A DNA stretch of 64,000 nucleotides from positions 69,316,001-69,380,000 of the forward strand of contig OZ249436.1 of assembly GCA_965235115.1 (NCBI GenBank). Reading direction: 5' to 3'. The notes beneath the pieces were generated by a model. It was given only the letters and a program-made list of their open reading frames with translations, was not told the DNA's origin and ran no database searches. Both the position numbers and the translations under genes were made by a program. Source of the DNA: Laetmonice hystrix. Lineage: Eukaryota. Of the stretch, positions 52,303 to 63,879 are shown one piece after another (position 1 is the first letter of the stretch; each line of letters begins with the position of its first letter).

Positions 52303-53337
52303 AAGTTCCCGCATGGGTCCGGCTTACTCTATGTCTACAGACGTCAGTCCATCCCCGGCCTCCTTTACTTAGACCAGCTTAACTTGATTACCCCACTTTT
52401 AATGGTTTCATGTAGCAAATGGGACCAGACCGTCTGCCAGAGGCGCCCACTTGGGTCTGTAATATGCTCCAAAGACCGTTAGAGTGCACTTTTAAAACGT
52501 CCATATAGCTCACCCCGTGTATCTGTCCAGGGAAATGCAATCAGAGTCGTTAGTTCCTTTGGAAACGGTCGTTATTAAGATGTATATCCATTGGCTTTAG
52601 TAGAAAACAGTCAGTGACAGGTTCCATTCTAAAAATAACACAATCTCCATTTTATATGACATAGTTTCTCACATATATATGGCAGAACCAGACATTGCGA
52701 CCCGCAAGCAATAGAGAACAATAATTGATCATACTATATCCTTGACTTTGACCCTGATCTCAAACACAGGAAAAGGTATTTTTTCACGTTATATACGTTT
52801 ACCTCATTATTAGAAGTACCTACAGACTGACCCAATTGTTTCTTTAAGTAGGCCTACATGTTCACAGGAGTATACAAATATACACGAATATTATAAGATA
52901 ACAATCGCTCTTGTTTTCTCAGAGAGAAAAATCCTCAGTTTTCTGGATTGTGTGCCCATGCCATATTCTTACAACCTTAGACTACCTTACACGAGGTCAG
53001 CCCGCTGCCAGCATTGTTTATACCCATACCCACTGAGATGTAAAACCATCCATTGCGCGGTGGTTTACCGGTAATTGTGGCTTCCGTTATAACTGGCCGA
53101 CATGGTCACACCTGACGTGTGACCAGTTCCACATGGCTGACTCTCGGTATAGACGCCGCTCCTTGGCCGCCCCAGATGTTTCTATTAATACACACATTAA
53201 TTCACAACAATATGACAGGTGGTCGGGCGCCCCGCCACGTGGCCAGGAGGGCGGGGACATCTGTTTTGGAAAAAAGGTCCTTTTCCTCCGTATGTTGATG
53301 TAAACAGGCGGTGTGGATGGGGTCCCTTTGATGTGGT

Positions 53338-53360
53338 GGGCGGGGTAGGGTGGGTGGGGG
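53338..53360 (+). other. Canonical G-quadruplex motif
   Basis: GGG-C-GGGG-TA-GGG-T-GGG-T-GGGGG: five G runs with 1-2 nt loops. Confidence 0.55.
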
Positions 53361-56300
53361 AGAGCCTGATCAAAACGTCACAGTCCTGGGCCGAGTTGTA
53401 GTCAAAGCTACGGACCGTGAGCGTGCCTCGTGCCGCCCGGCCTCATCTAGAGCTCATATAGACGGTTGACTTTGATGGCATATTGTTATTGTTAAGTGCT
53501 GACCCCCTGTGCCCGCCCCCAACCCACCACTGTGAGCGTCGCGCCCCAATAACCGCATCAAAAGAATGCCTTGTCGATCAACAGAGCGTAACCCTCGAGT
53601 TTAACTTTCGATTGGCGTTATTAATGGCCTATTCATCGCTTTGAACCGTGAGCCCGTACCGCGCTTCGCTGGAAACATAAAAGACGGCAGGATTAAATGT
53701 AGCATTATAATTGGCGCCCAGTAAACTCGGTGGCGAAACATTTAACCATAGGCAGAGTGGTGAGTGGCATTGTTCAATCAATGATCTCGATTGTCAATCG
53801 GTCATTATCGTTGTCTTTGTAGACACCGCTAGTGTTACTGACAATCTGGCGTGGAGCCTGGTCGAGACACCTGGACTCGGAATACACTGGACAGCTGTAT
53901 TTACAAGCGATGGTAATATGATGGAATCATCATGTTAAATATTCCTTAAAGACCCGCCTCGTTTGAAGCCACACGGATCAGGTGGGTAGCAGATGTTGGA
54001 GAGATATAAATTTAATTGTCTTTGTGTCTTTATAACACTGCCAGTTATCACCAGCTCAAAATTGGGATATTATTAGGCCTATAGTTTACTGTATTGATAA
54101 AAGGGGTGTTATCACTGAGACCACATAAAATATCTTGACATATGCGTGGTCTACAATAAAGATTCCGTACAGCGAAAACCTTAAAATGGCTCATTCAAGA
54201 ATACCATAATGGGGTAATGACTAGGGCTCTATATGAGCCGGAATGAATACATCCCCCAATAATAATACTAAATTTCAGGAATATTAGTAGTTTATCCCCG
54301 TTTCACGCAACTTGTTCCGCCTGTTTAATCGACGACTCTGTAACATCGATATTGTTCTCTAGTATTTGGCAAATTGTCTTTCAAGTAAAAATAGGTCTAT
54401 ATTGGATTTGGAATATAATAATTCCCCGTAACCCCGAACCATACACGAATTCATCATATGGGACACATAATGTTTTCTCAGTGATGTAGCTGGATTGCAG
54501 TGAAACTACAACATAGACTGGTCGTCTCGTATGGTCTAAGATAAATAAAAGATTACAAAAAGAAAAAAGAAGTTAAAAAAGTCACCATCTTGGAGCAAAA
54601 TGTCCATCTATCTCATTGGGGAGTCTGAATACTATAACTTTGGGGCTTATATAAATCTAAGCAATCTTATTGTCAATCTTATTGACAATCTTATTGGGAT
54701 TGTTTACGCAAACTCTCTACAGGTATTCACACATTCATGCATACATAGTTATGATCATGTACATATCATATGGCTGCCATAATATTATGGATGAGGCAAT
54801 GACGCCTACAATCAATAACAGTGCCCTCGCCGCGGGAAGGACCCAGCCAATGAGGTTAAAACAACACCGGATAGTGCGCAGGCGCCGAGTCCATGGCGAG
54901 GCTGACGGCCTGGGGTCAAGGCGATAAACTGTACGCAATCGGCTGCCCCTTCTCAAACTCCGCCTACGTCATTTGGGTCAATTTATAGCCCCCGTCTCTC
55001 CTCTATATAGATGCTAATGAAGTCAACACCCCTGATACCATAAGATTAGGGTTTAATAATTTCTTGTGTCCGACGAGGGAAATTGCTCATAGGTGGGAGA
55101 TCCTGCGGGATCCAATAAGCCTTCACAATGTTCTAGCATACTCTCAACAAGCGACGATTTGTACGGGATTATGCAGATCCAAATCCGTGTCGACTCGCCG
55201 GCACTTTTTGTCGGCGACATGCGTTATAATAACACAAAGTCCACAATGAATGTGCAAATCCCTATTAAAACTAATGAAATCATTTGGTAGGACCTGGGCG
55301 ATAATATAATCATGGTCGCCCGACCAGAGTCTGCCGACGGGTTGGGGTAAATCATACCGTCAGCAATGTGACGGGTGTCCCTCTAATCTCACAGCTTGTC
55401 GAGCAAAAGCTGGCCGGGACTGAGATGCCAGATTATCGCAGATTATCCTGTCAACACCAAATCTTGAGGCAAATCCACATATGATGTATACTATTCATAA
55501 AGCTCAGAAGACGCGGACGATACGACCACTGCCTGGCCGTCCGAGTTATGGCAGTAATCCAGAGTTGGCCATGACAGTGGGGGGTAGTCCCCCCGCATGT
55601 ACCCCCCCCCTCTACACCCCACCATACCTTCACAATACAAACCGCCTGTCATTAACTTAAACATGCAAGAGGAACTATTAAGTACATCAGCTTATTCATT
55701 AAAGTTCATATTAATGCGGCAGACTGTCCCGCCATGACAGTGGTTGGGAGTTATTGTCCAATATCTCACACAATGCTGCAGGTTTATACATTCACTCTGA
55801 CTTCTGCTGTCACGGGCCGGAAACACGCTGCCGTGCAATATTACCTATAACGCACTTACAGAACTGACTGACACAAAAACACTCATCAAATTACCTTGTG
55901 ATAAATATCACAGCCATTATAATTAATCCATATTACGAGATCTTATCAGCATTAACCATTTTATAATCATCTTTGACAACGTTTTGATGTGTCATGTTTG
56001 TAGAATCGCCCCACTTTGAAAGTTCTCGATTGAACTTCGAGATGTGTCCCAGTATGTATATCCCACTCGCCGCTGCTTTACATGACAGCGGAAGGTCGAT
56101 GACGGGGATTAGGATAATCCTATAGCAACCATCGTGCGATCACAGTCTGATAAATCCCACGAAGGCTTACAGATCCTACGCTGGGTTTGGGCCGTCGACC
56201 TTTGCCGAGGGATCCCAACTGATCAGGTGGCAGCGCGAATTGTGTTTTAAATTCACTTTTGTCGACACGTATCCGTGGTAAAGTCCTTTAGGTATTAGAG

Positions 56301-57382
56301 CGCCGTATAAATACAGCGGCCGCTTCATATGCATGACCCGTGCGCTGTCAGCTGGCGCCGTGGAGATAACACGGTTAAGGAGATGGGCTAATACATGTCT
56401 AACTTAGTGAAAGTAACGAAACACCTTGTCGAGCCAGCGGTTCGTGTTGCCGCTTTGATCTACACCACAGATCATAGCGTACTGACGTGATCGACTTTAA
56501 AAGTGACGCCAAGCTTCAGTCCGTCCCACCCTTTGCTACCTCCTGACGCCATCTCCGCTCCCTGCAGACCGACGCCAGTAGCGCCACATAATTAACATCT
56601 GGAAAGCCGAAGTGGCCCATGCCTTTTCTTTCAGCCTCTAGCGTCCTCCCCTACATTATGACAAGAAAAACTTGAGCTGAGATTCGGCAAGGTTTGCTGA
56701 TGCCGCTGTCATTTCATTTCCATAATCCTCGAACAATGAAATCCTCGCATCCCTGGGCGTCTTGACACTTGATAGGCAACAGAAGATCACGTAAATTTAC
56801 TTTGTGCATTGCCAAAGTTCTTACTCCTCTCGAAGTACGCGATTGGGACTCAATGGCCCCTTGCTAAGTACCTGTAAGCATCTTTTCCACGGCTATCCCG
56901 CCATCAACGAGAGACAGTGAGGAGTTGATAAGGCGGACGTGTGTGGTTCAAGGAGGGAGGGGGGGGGGGGGTGAAACTGGTGCGGGGAGTAAGAACACTG
57001 GATATAGCCCTGAGTCTGTGAAATGGGACGTGTTTGGCTAGCCTGCATACCGCACGTGCTCCTTAATACCTTTGTTGTCACCGCCAACACATCCATCCAT
57101 TATTTGCGCGGGGTTGTCATGACACCCGCCTAACCCGCTAAGTCCTTCGCAAAGGGATCTCGTCTTCTGCCTGTAGGGGATCAAGGAGGAGGGTGTCTCC
57201 GTTAAAGATGACTGTCAACGACTGCGATCACACACACCGGACAGGCGTCACACAGTCAACGTGTCACAAAGCGCAGTCAATCGTGCTGATCCAAGCTTGT
57301 CTGTAACCAACAAGTCCTACTGACTAGATACTGGAAGCAAATCACCTTTCCATATGACAATACTTGCAGTAGGAAAAAACAA

Positions 57383-57462
57383 GGAGGGGAGGAGAAGAAG
57401 AAGAGGAAGAAGAAGAGGAAGACGAAGAAGAAGAAGAACAACAACAACAAGAACAACAAAAA
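57383..57462. repeat. Compound (GAA/GAG)n-(CAA)n microsatellite
   Basis: ggagaagaagaagaggaagaagaagaggaagacgaagaagaagaagaacaacaacaacaagaacaac. Confidence 0.85.
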
Positions 57463-59268
57463 GAACACGAAAACATTCAAAAAGATAATAGTCCAGGTCT
57501 CCTGTACGTTCTAAATAGCTTTTCATTTTCCCACGTTAATACATGTACAGGCCGTTTCTCGTTGTATGATATATATACTGTAATGCATTCTGACATTTGT
57601 TGATTCAATTATTTGAAGAATACTATAGAGAAGCGAAATACCATGAAATAAAGTAGGCCCTATCTATTTACAAAACAGTGATCGCCACTGAAAACACAAC
57701 TGTCTGCAATACGAGCAAACAACATCAGTAGACAATTAGGCAACTTCGGGAAAACCTATTTAGCAGGATTGACACGAGGCAAAATACAATAAGCAATCCA
57801 ACATCTTTTTTGTCGTGCATATTTATCGGCACCGACAAGCTGGGACAACAACGGAATTAATGTAATCAAGTGGTGCTGTCCCGAGCACTGACACGGCACA
57901 ACGTGAAATAAGTAATTAGACATCTTGCGCGCTTTGCTATTTACCAAAACAGACAAGATGTAATGATGAGAAAATGCAATAATCCCGTGTCATCTCCCCG
58001 CGCCTGTCCTGCAGGGGGCCACCCGGTGTCCGACCGATAATCCAGGCAATAGCATTGATGATAATCCGCCAGCCTTCTAAATTGTTGCTGCAGTTTATCA
58101 CAAGTAATTTATCTCAAGGCCTGGGAGTTGCTACTTTCTCTACTTGTCTTTCTATAGAAGAGCGTTCACCTTTTCCCCACACCTATTACTTGAGTTTGGA
58201 TGGTATCCGATGGCAGACCTATTATAATACAGCAACATGTTCAGTCCTATATTCACCTTTCGAGGGTAACAATTCAGTTTCCTGTAATTCCACCGATCAA
58301 CCTCATCAAAACCAGCGACATCCTGGTAATAAAGCTTCCATTCTCTCGAAGGAAACACCGTCCACTGCTATAAGAAAGGAAATTGTGAGGTTTTGCAGTG
58401 TTTGCATTCATTAATCACTTGGAGATCCCGTCATGTTCAGGTTGTCGATAATCTTTGTTTTATTATGACGTGGCAGCCAGCGAAAGCTATACGACCGGCG
58501 GGTTTGATAGGGGCAGCGGAGGCAAAACCTATATGGCAGCGCGTTTTTTAGGTGAATAGTTTGATCACAGCGGACAGAATCTGTCGTTAAGGATCAACGC
58601 AACTGTCAGGCAGCCGTTAAGTTGTGGCAGAACTGCTGCTCTCCAAGTCTGCAGCACCTAACCTTAATTGGCCCGAGGTGAGATGAACGTAATTGAATAT
58701 GGTCGTTACAGCGCCCTCGTCCGTGATTACCTATCAACGGACGCGTGGGATCCGGGCCTCTTGTTTCGACTGATGAACAATCGTTCACAAGGGGCCGCAG
58801 CCGACAAGGACAAACTGCACGGCGCACTGCCCTCTGTCGGCCAGCATGTTTCCTATTCATGATCGATCACTCTCGGAGGGAAAATTTTGGGCGGGCGAAG
58901 TCAGAGTAATAGCGAGAGGGTCGCCTCCTGACAAACCAACTGTATGTTCCGAGGATAAATTGTTCTCAAAGTGTAAAGAGGTGATTGCTTAACACGGCAC
59001 CGTACTCCACACGGAACATAAGGGGCCTGGCTGATGGATGCCATCCGATACATATGGCCACGTAGGCTAATGAAAGAAGCCAGTCAATGTAAAATGTCTA
59101 TAATTCGGCCAAGACATAACAAACGATCATGGGGAAGATTTGTCTCCACTAGGCCATTATCATTCTCATCTATTGGCCGCATAAATTGGCAGCATTCACA
59201 CATACGCTATAATGGCGTTTGCCAAAGTCAAATATGACATTCCATTCCATTGATTCTGCCAAGGTCCA

Positions 59269-59276
59269 TATAAAAG
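59269..59276 (+). promoter_or_regulatory. Canonical TATA box (TATAAAAG) preceded by NFI-half-site and Sox-like motifs
   Basis: ccaTATAAAAGgggccc with upstream ttggc/gccaa and cattgat motifs. No downstream gene was identified. Confidence 0.2.
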
Positions 59277-61040
59277 GGGCCCTTGGGAAGCTGCACATTG
59301 CAGGAAGTGTAATTGAGGTAATAGGACATGCACAGATACTAATGAAGTATAGTGTAGAGAGTCCGATAGAAATGAAATGTAGCGTGATAAAGTATTTAAA
59401 CATACACAATACCCACCACTGCAGTCACACGTGTACGTGACACATTTATTATTATATACTTGACATATTTATTACCACCCTGGAAGGGGTTGGTGGCCTA
59501 CTAAATATATTGGTTTCAACCTCGCCCTCGCACATTGGTGCACTGAGTAAGGTTACTATAGGTCATATACCATGCAAGCATATAAAACTTCAGTCTATAC
59601 AAGCAAGTGTCCATGACAAAGATCAGCCGCAAGCAAAATTTAATAATGGCGCCCAACTCTCAAAATAGGGACAGCCTTAGGTGTATAGAGTTGGCCAGAT
59701 GGTATGTTGAGATATACTGAGAGGCTTCTCGTTAAAGCACACGTAGGTAAAGTTAGCAAACAGTTAAAGAAGTTGTCCATTAGTGTGAAGACATAAACGC
59801 ATGCCTGTTTCACCACATCTCAGTCCTGAAAATGGCGCCACAGGGCGCCTTTTTAACATCGACATATCTCTGGTTTCCTTCTGTCAATTACCATATGATT
59901 AATGCATCTTTCACCAGCTCGGAATCCTACCCGGCTGGGTCAGTAGGAAAGGAAGATTGTCGACACTTCTCCGGGTGAAAACCATCACATGTTTCAGGCC
60001 ACGCAAACTCCAATAGTCGCTCGTTGGGCTCCTTTCAATTAATATCAAGGTGCTGCATTTTATCCGATATGACAGCGACGTCGGTGGAAATGCATTAGAT
60101 CTAAATAATTCATATTTATTCTAGACAATGAAAAGCATTAAATTAACTGCATCTACAATCTGTTCCTAACATAATTGGCATGATTTGATGGCACTTTTGT
60201 TGAATCTTTCATGCTGGCCAGCAATCCGACCGCGTAGGGATGAGCGCCACGATCCAACGGACGGCAGTAAATTAAGCTGCTCTTGTATTTCTGTGCGCTC
60301 ATCTCAGCATAGACTATATGCATTATTTATGCAGGAAATCTGTGGATTAATGAAGTTTTAATTCAATTCCTTGGCGTATCGTGATCCTGCAAATCCCACT
60401 GTCGGTTTACATTACAGACGCATTGCTGGAGGTGGGCGACCGCATGGCACGGAATAACAGCGGAAATATGGAATGAGTGCAACTGTGCAAAGGGAGGGAG
60501 AAAAAAAGTTGTGCAGTCATCGTTGTTCAGCGTAACCTGTCATTAGGAGTACCTTGCCTTGTGTGCGAGATCTAACCCAAGCTGCTTGGTCATGTCATAA
60601 AGAAGTCCTGTCAGTCATAGCAGATTATTCAGTCTCGTCTATATCAACATGCTAGACTATAAGTTGAACATACATATTGGCCTATATAAGGGACATGTAT
60701 ATATACATTCGGTCAGACTTCCTCTGGGATAAAGTATCTGCGCTACCCGAAGGTTTTGGTACATCAGGCCGTGCCTGTGCGATTTCGTGGAGCAAAACAC
60801 TTTAGGCAGAAGAGTAGTACCCAGCGGTCCAAGAAAACAGAAAAGGCATGTTGTAAAAGGTTGTTTCCACAGAGGCTAATGATGACAATGTATAGGGCCA
60901 ACCTTGTCATCTCATCTTCTTGCGACTGGCCTCGTAAAAAAGGAGGATGCAGTGGTAGATTTCTTTCATGTCACGCCTGTGTGAACAGGAGCCAGTTTCG
61001 TAAATCTTGTTAAAATTGCCTGCCACACAAAAAATCACAA

Positions 61041-61477
61041 ATTTTGCGGGGGAGGCCCCCAACAACCCCCTCCCTCTTGAAAAATCGACCGTGTGACCGT
61101 GTGATTCAAGCTTAACATAGACAAAAGTAATTTAGCTTCAAAGAGTAGATATTTGTTCTATTTCCATGACACAAGATAGAACAGAAAACAGGTTAAAATA
61201 TAAACCTTGTGTATGAATAAAAATGCTCTTGCCAAAGCACTAAAACAATGTCACTGGAATGAAATAGCTGCAGCGTCCTTACTTTTCACTGAAGAAAAGC
61301 ATGTTGTCATTCATGTATATTCTCTCTAGACTCTACATAGGCCTATTTTCTCCCTGAATTTTTATCTGCAGATGCCAGGACGTAGGCCCACCCTAGCGCT
61401 TTCAGTCTGACAAATCAAACATTTTGCAGGGGAGGCCCCCCAACAACCCCCTCCCTCTTGAAAAATCGACCGTGTGA
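61041..61477. repeat. Two copies of a ~57-bp direct repeat 380 bp apart, possibly internal repeats of a non-autonomous DNA transposon
   Basis: attttgc(g/a)gggg(g)aggccccc(c)aacaaccccctccctcttgaaaaatcgaccgtgtga at 61041-61096 and 61421-61477. No terminal inverted repeats or target-site duplication identified. Confidence 0.7.
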
Positions 61478-61684
61478 TTGTGGCCGAGTGCCGCGAATAC
61501 AAACGTACACACTGCTGCGCTCTGCTCTAGGTAGCGTCTAATTCATATTCCCTAACTCGTAAACCCGGTCCCTACACCTCCCAAAGAATATCCCTATCCT
61601 ATCCTTATCCCTATCCCTATACAGGACCTTAACCCAAAACCGCTGGTCAGAAATTTGGCGAAAAACCATCAGCGGCCGGTCCCG

Positions 61685-61878
61685 TTTATATTGTAGGTCA
61701 CAAATATCGGTCACCAGGCCCATCCCCCATGACCTCCGCTTCTCATTGGCCGTTGAGTTTGAGCCTCTCAGTTCCATCCTTTCCACCTCTCTGATTGGCT
61801 CCTGAGTTCCATCCTTTGCCGCGAGTTCCATCCCAGTTCCATCCTTTCCACGCTTCTCATTGGCTCCGAGTTCCATCC
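61685..61878 (-). promoter_or_regulatory. Pol II promoter-like module: three NF-Y CCAAT boxes, five GGATGGAACT repeats, TATAAA
   Basis: Minus strand has AGCCAATGAG (~61865), AGCCAATCAG (~61800), GGCCAATGAG (~61750), then TATAAA at 61690-61685. Plus-strand agttccatcc occurs at 61770, 61805, 61824, 61835 and 61869. Confidence 0.4.
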
Positions 61879-61902
61879 CTCTCGGTATGGGTGAGATGCG
61901 CT

Positions 61903-61926
61903 CGGGTTCGAATCCCGGACAAGCCC
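61903..61926 (+). pseudogene. Truncated tRNA-Pro (3' 24 nt only) at the left edge of the array
   Basis: cgggttcgaatcccggacaagccc is identical to the 3' end of the downstream tRNAs. It lies one unit (393 bp) upstream of the first intact gene and is followed by a full spacer. Confidence 0.85.
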
Positions 61927-62247
61927 AGATATCATTTTTGCACCAAGTTAAAGTTCCTTGAATTGAAATTATGCTGCAAGTTCTGCAATATCCTTGTCCT
62001 CTGCGTACAATAGTATGGGATGCCCTTTGGAGATCAGGGGTCCCATTTCTCTGCTACAGCTCTGGCAGTAAGCAAGAGGCGATGAAAGGGGCGAGGGATG
62101 TTAGGGGGCCGTCAATTCTTGAATTAGTTGAAACTAACCGGGTCGCATGGAAGTAAACTAGTTTGCAAGTTCTGTCCACGTCCTGAATAGTGCTAAAATA
62201 ACACTGATAGGGCCTGAAAAAGTGAATTAGAGTTGTTTAATACCAAA

Positions 62248-62319
62248 GGCTTGTTGGTCTAGGGGCATGATTCTCGCTTCGGGTGCGAGAGGTCCCGGGT
62301 TCGAATCCCGGACAAGCCC
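62248..62319 (+). tRNA. tRNA-Pro(CGG)
   Basis: 72 nt: GGCTTGTTGGTCTAGGGGCATGATTCTCGCTT-CGG-GTGCGAGAGGTCCCGGGTTCGAATCCCGGACAAGCCC. Acceptor stem GGCTTGT/ACAAGCC, anticodon stem CTCGC/GCGAG, intact B box, TTTT about 10 nt downstream. Confidence 0.95.
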
Positions 62320-62640
62320 AAATCTTACTTTTGCACCAAGTTAAAGTTACTTGACTTGCTATTATGCTGCAAGTTCTACAATATCCTTATCCTCTGCATA
62401 CAATAGCATGGGATGCCATTTGGAGATCAGGGGTCCTGTTTCAATGCTACAGTTTTGGCAGTAAGCAAGAGGCGATGAAAGGGGCAAGGGATGTCAGGGG
62501 GTCGTCAATTCTAGGATTCCTTGAAACTAACCGCGTCGCATGGAAGTCAACTAGTTTGCAAGTTCTGTCCACGTCCTGAGTAGTGCTAAAATGACGCTGA
62601 TAGGGCTTCAAAAAGTGAATTAGAGTTGTTGAATACAAAA

Positions 62641-62712
62641 GGCTTGTTGGTCTAGGGGCATGATTCTCGCTTTGGGTGCGAGAGGTCCCGGGTTCGAATC
62701 CCGGACAAGCCC
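62641..62712 (+). tRNA. tRNA-Pro(TGG)
   Basis: Same body as the first gene. Anticodon loop TT-TGG-GT (62673-62675). Downstream TTTT. Confidence 0.95.
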
Positions 62713-63050
62713 AAAATTTACTTTTGCACCAAGGTAATGTATTTTAAACTTACATGAATTGCTATTCTGCTGCAAGTTCTGCAAGATCTTTCTCCCCTGC
62801 GTACAACAGCATAGGATTCGATTTGAAAGATCAGGGGGGTCCTATTTCTCTGCTATAGCTCTGGCAGTAAGCAAGAGGCGATGAAAGGGGCGAGGGATGT
62901 TAGGGGGTCGTCAATTCTAGGATTAGTTCAAACTAAGCGCGTCGCATGGAAGTCAACTAGTTTGCAAGTTCTGTCCACATCTTGAATCAGTAGTGCTAAA
63001 ATAACGCTGATAGGGCCTGAAAAAGTGAATTATAGTTGTTTAATACAAGA

Positions 63051-63122
63051 GGCTTGTTGGTCTAGGGGCATGATTCTCGCTTAGGGTGCGAGAGGTCCCG
63101 GGTTCGAATCCCGGACAAGCCC
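63051..63122 (+). tRNA. tRNA-Pro(AGG)
   Basis: Same body. Anticodon loop TT-AGG-GT (63083-63085). Downstream TTTT. Confidence 0.95.
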
Positions 63123-63427
63123 AGATATTACTTTTGCACCAAGTTAAAGTTCCTTGAATTGAAATTATGCTGCAAGTTCTGCAATTTCCTTGTCCTCTGC
63201 GTACAATAGTATGGCATGCCCTTCGGAGATCAGGGGTCCCATTTCTCTGCTACAGCTCTGGCAGTAAGCAAGAGGCGATGAAAGGGGCGAGGGATGTCTT
63301 GAATTAGTTGAAACTAACCGGGTCGCATGGAAGTCAACTAGTTTGCAAGTTCTGTCCTCGTCTTGAATAGTGCTAAAATAACGCTGATAGGGCCTGAAAA
63401 AGTGAATTACAGTTGTTTAATAGAAAA

Positions 63428-63486
63428 GGCTTGTTGGTCTAGGGGCATGATTCTCGCTTCGGGTGCGAGAGATCCCGGACAAGCCC
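63428..63486 (+). pseudogene. tRNA-Pro(CGG) pseudogene with a 13-bp deletion removing the T arm and B box
   Basis: Reads ...GCGAGAG-ATCCCGGACAAGCCC instead of ...GCGAGAGGTCCCGGGTTCGAATCCCGGACAAGCCC (59 nt versus 72 nt). Confidence 0.9.
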
Positions 63487-63807
63487 AAATATTACTTTTG
63501 CACCAAGTTAAAGTTACTTGAATTGCTATTATGCTGCAAGTTCTACAATATCCTTATCCTCTGCGTACAATAGCATGGGATGCCATTTGGAGATCAGGGG
63601 TCCTGTTTCCCTGCTACAGTTTTGGCAGTAAGCAAGAGGCGATGAAAGGAGCGAGGGATGTTAGGGGGTCGTCAATTCTAGGGTTCCTTGAAACTAACCG
63701 CGTCGCATGGAAGTCAACTAGTTTGCAAGTTCTGTCCACGTCCTGACTAGTGCTAAAATAACGCTGATAGGGCGTGAAAAAGTGAATTACAGTTGTTTAA
63801 TACAAGA

Positions 63808-63879
63808 GGCTTGTTGGTCTAGGGGCATGATTCTCGCTTAGGGTGCGAGAGGTCCCGGGTTCGAATCCCGGACAAGCCC
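63808..63879 (+). tRNA. tRNA-Pro(AGG)
   Basis: Same body. Anticodon AGG at 63840-63842. TTTTT downstream. Confidence 0.95.

Noticed and set aside
61903-61926. LTR-retrotransposon primer-binding site complementary to tRNA-Pro
   Set aside because: There is no CCA after the tRNA end, and the side where the LTR would lie is ordinary array spacer.
61971-63746. Repeated 61-71-aa ORFs (MLQVLQYP...) in the tRNA spacers
   Set aside because: They recur only because the spacer is repeated, are disrupted in other units, and have no domain.
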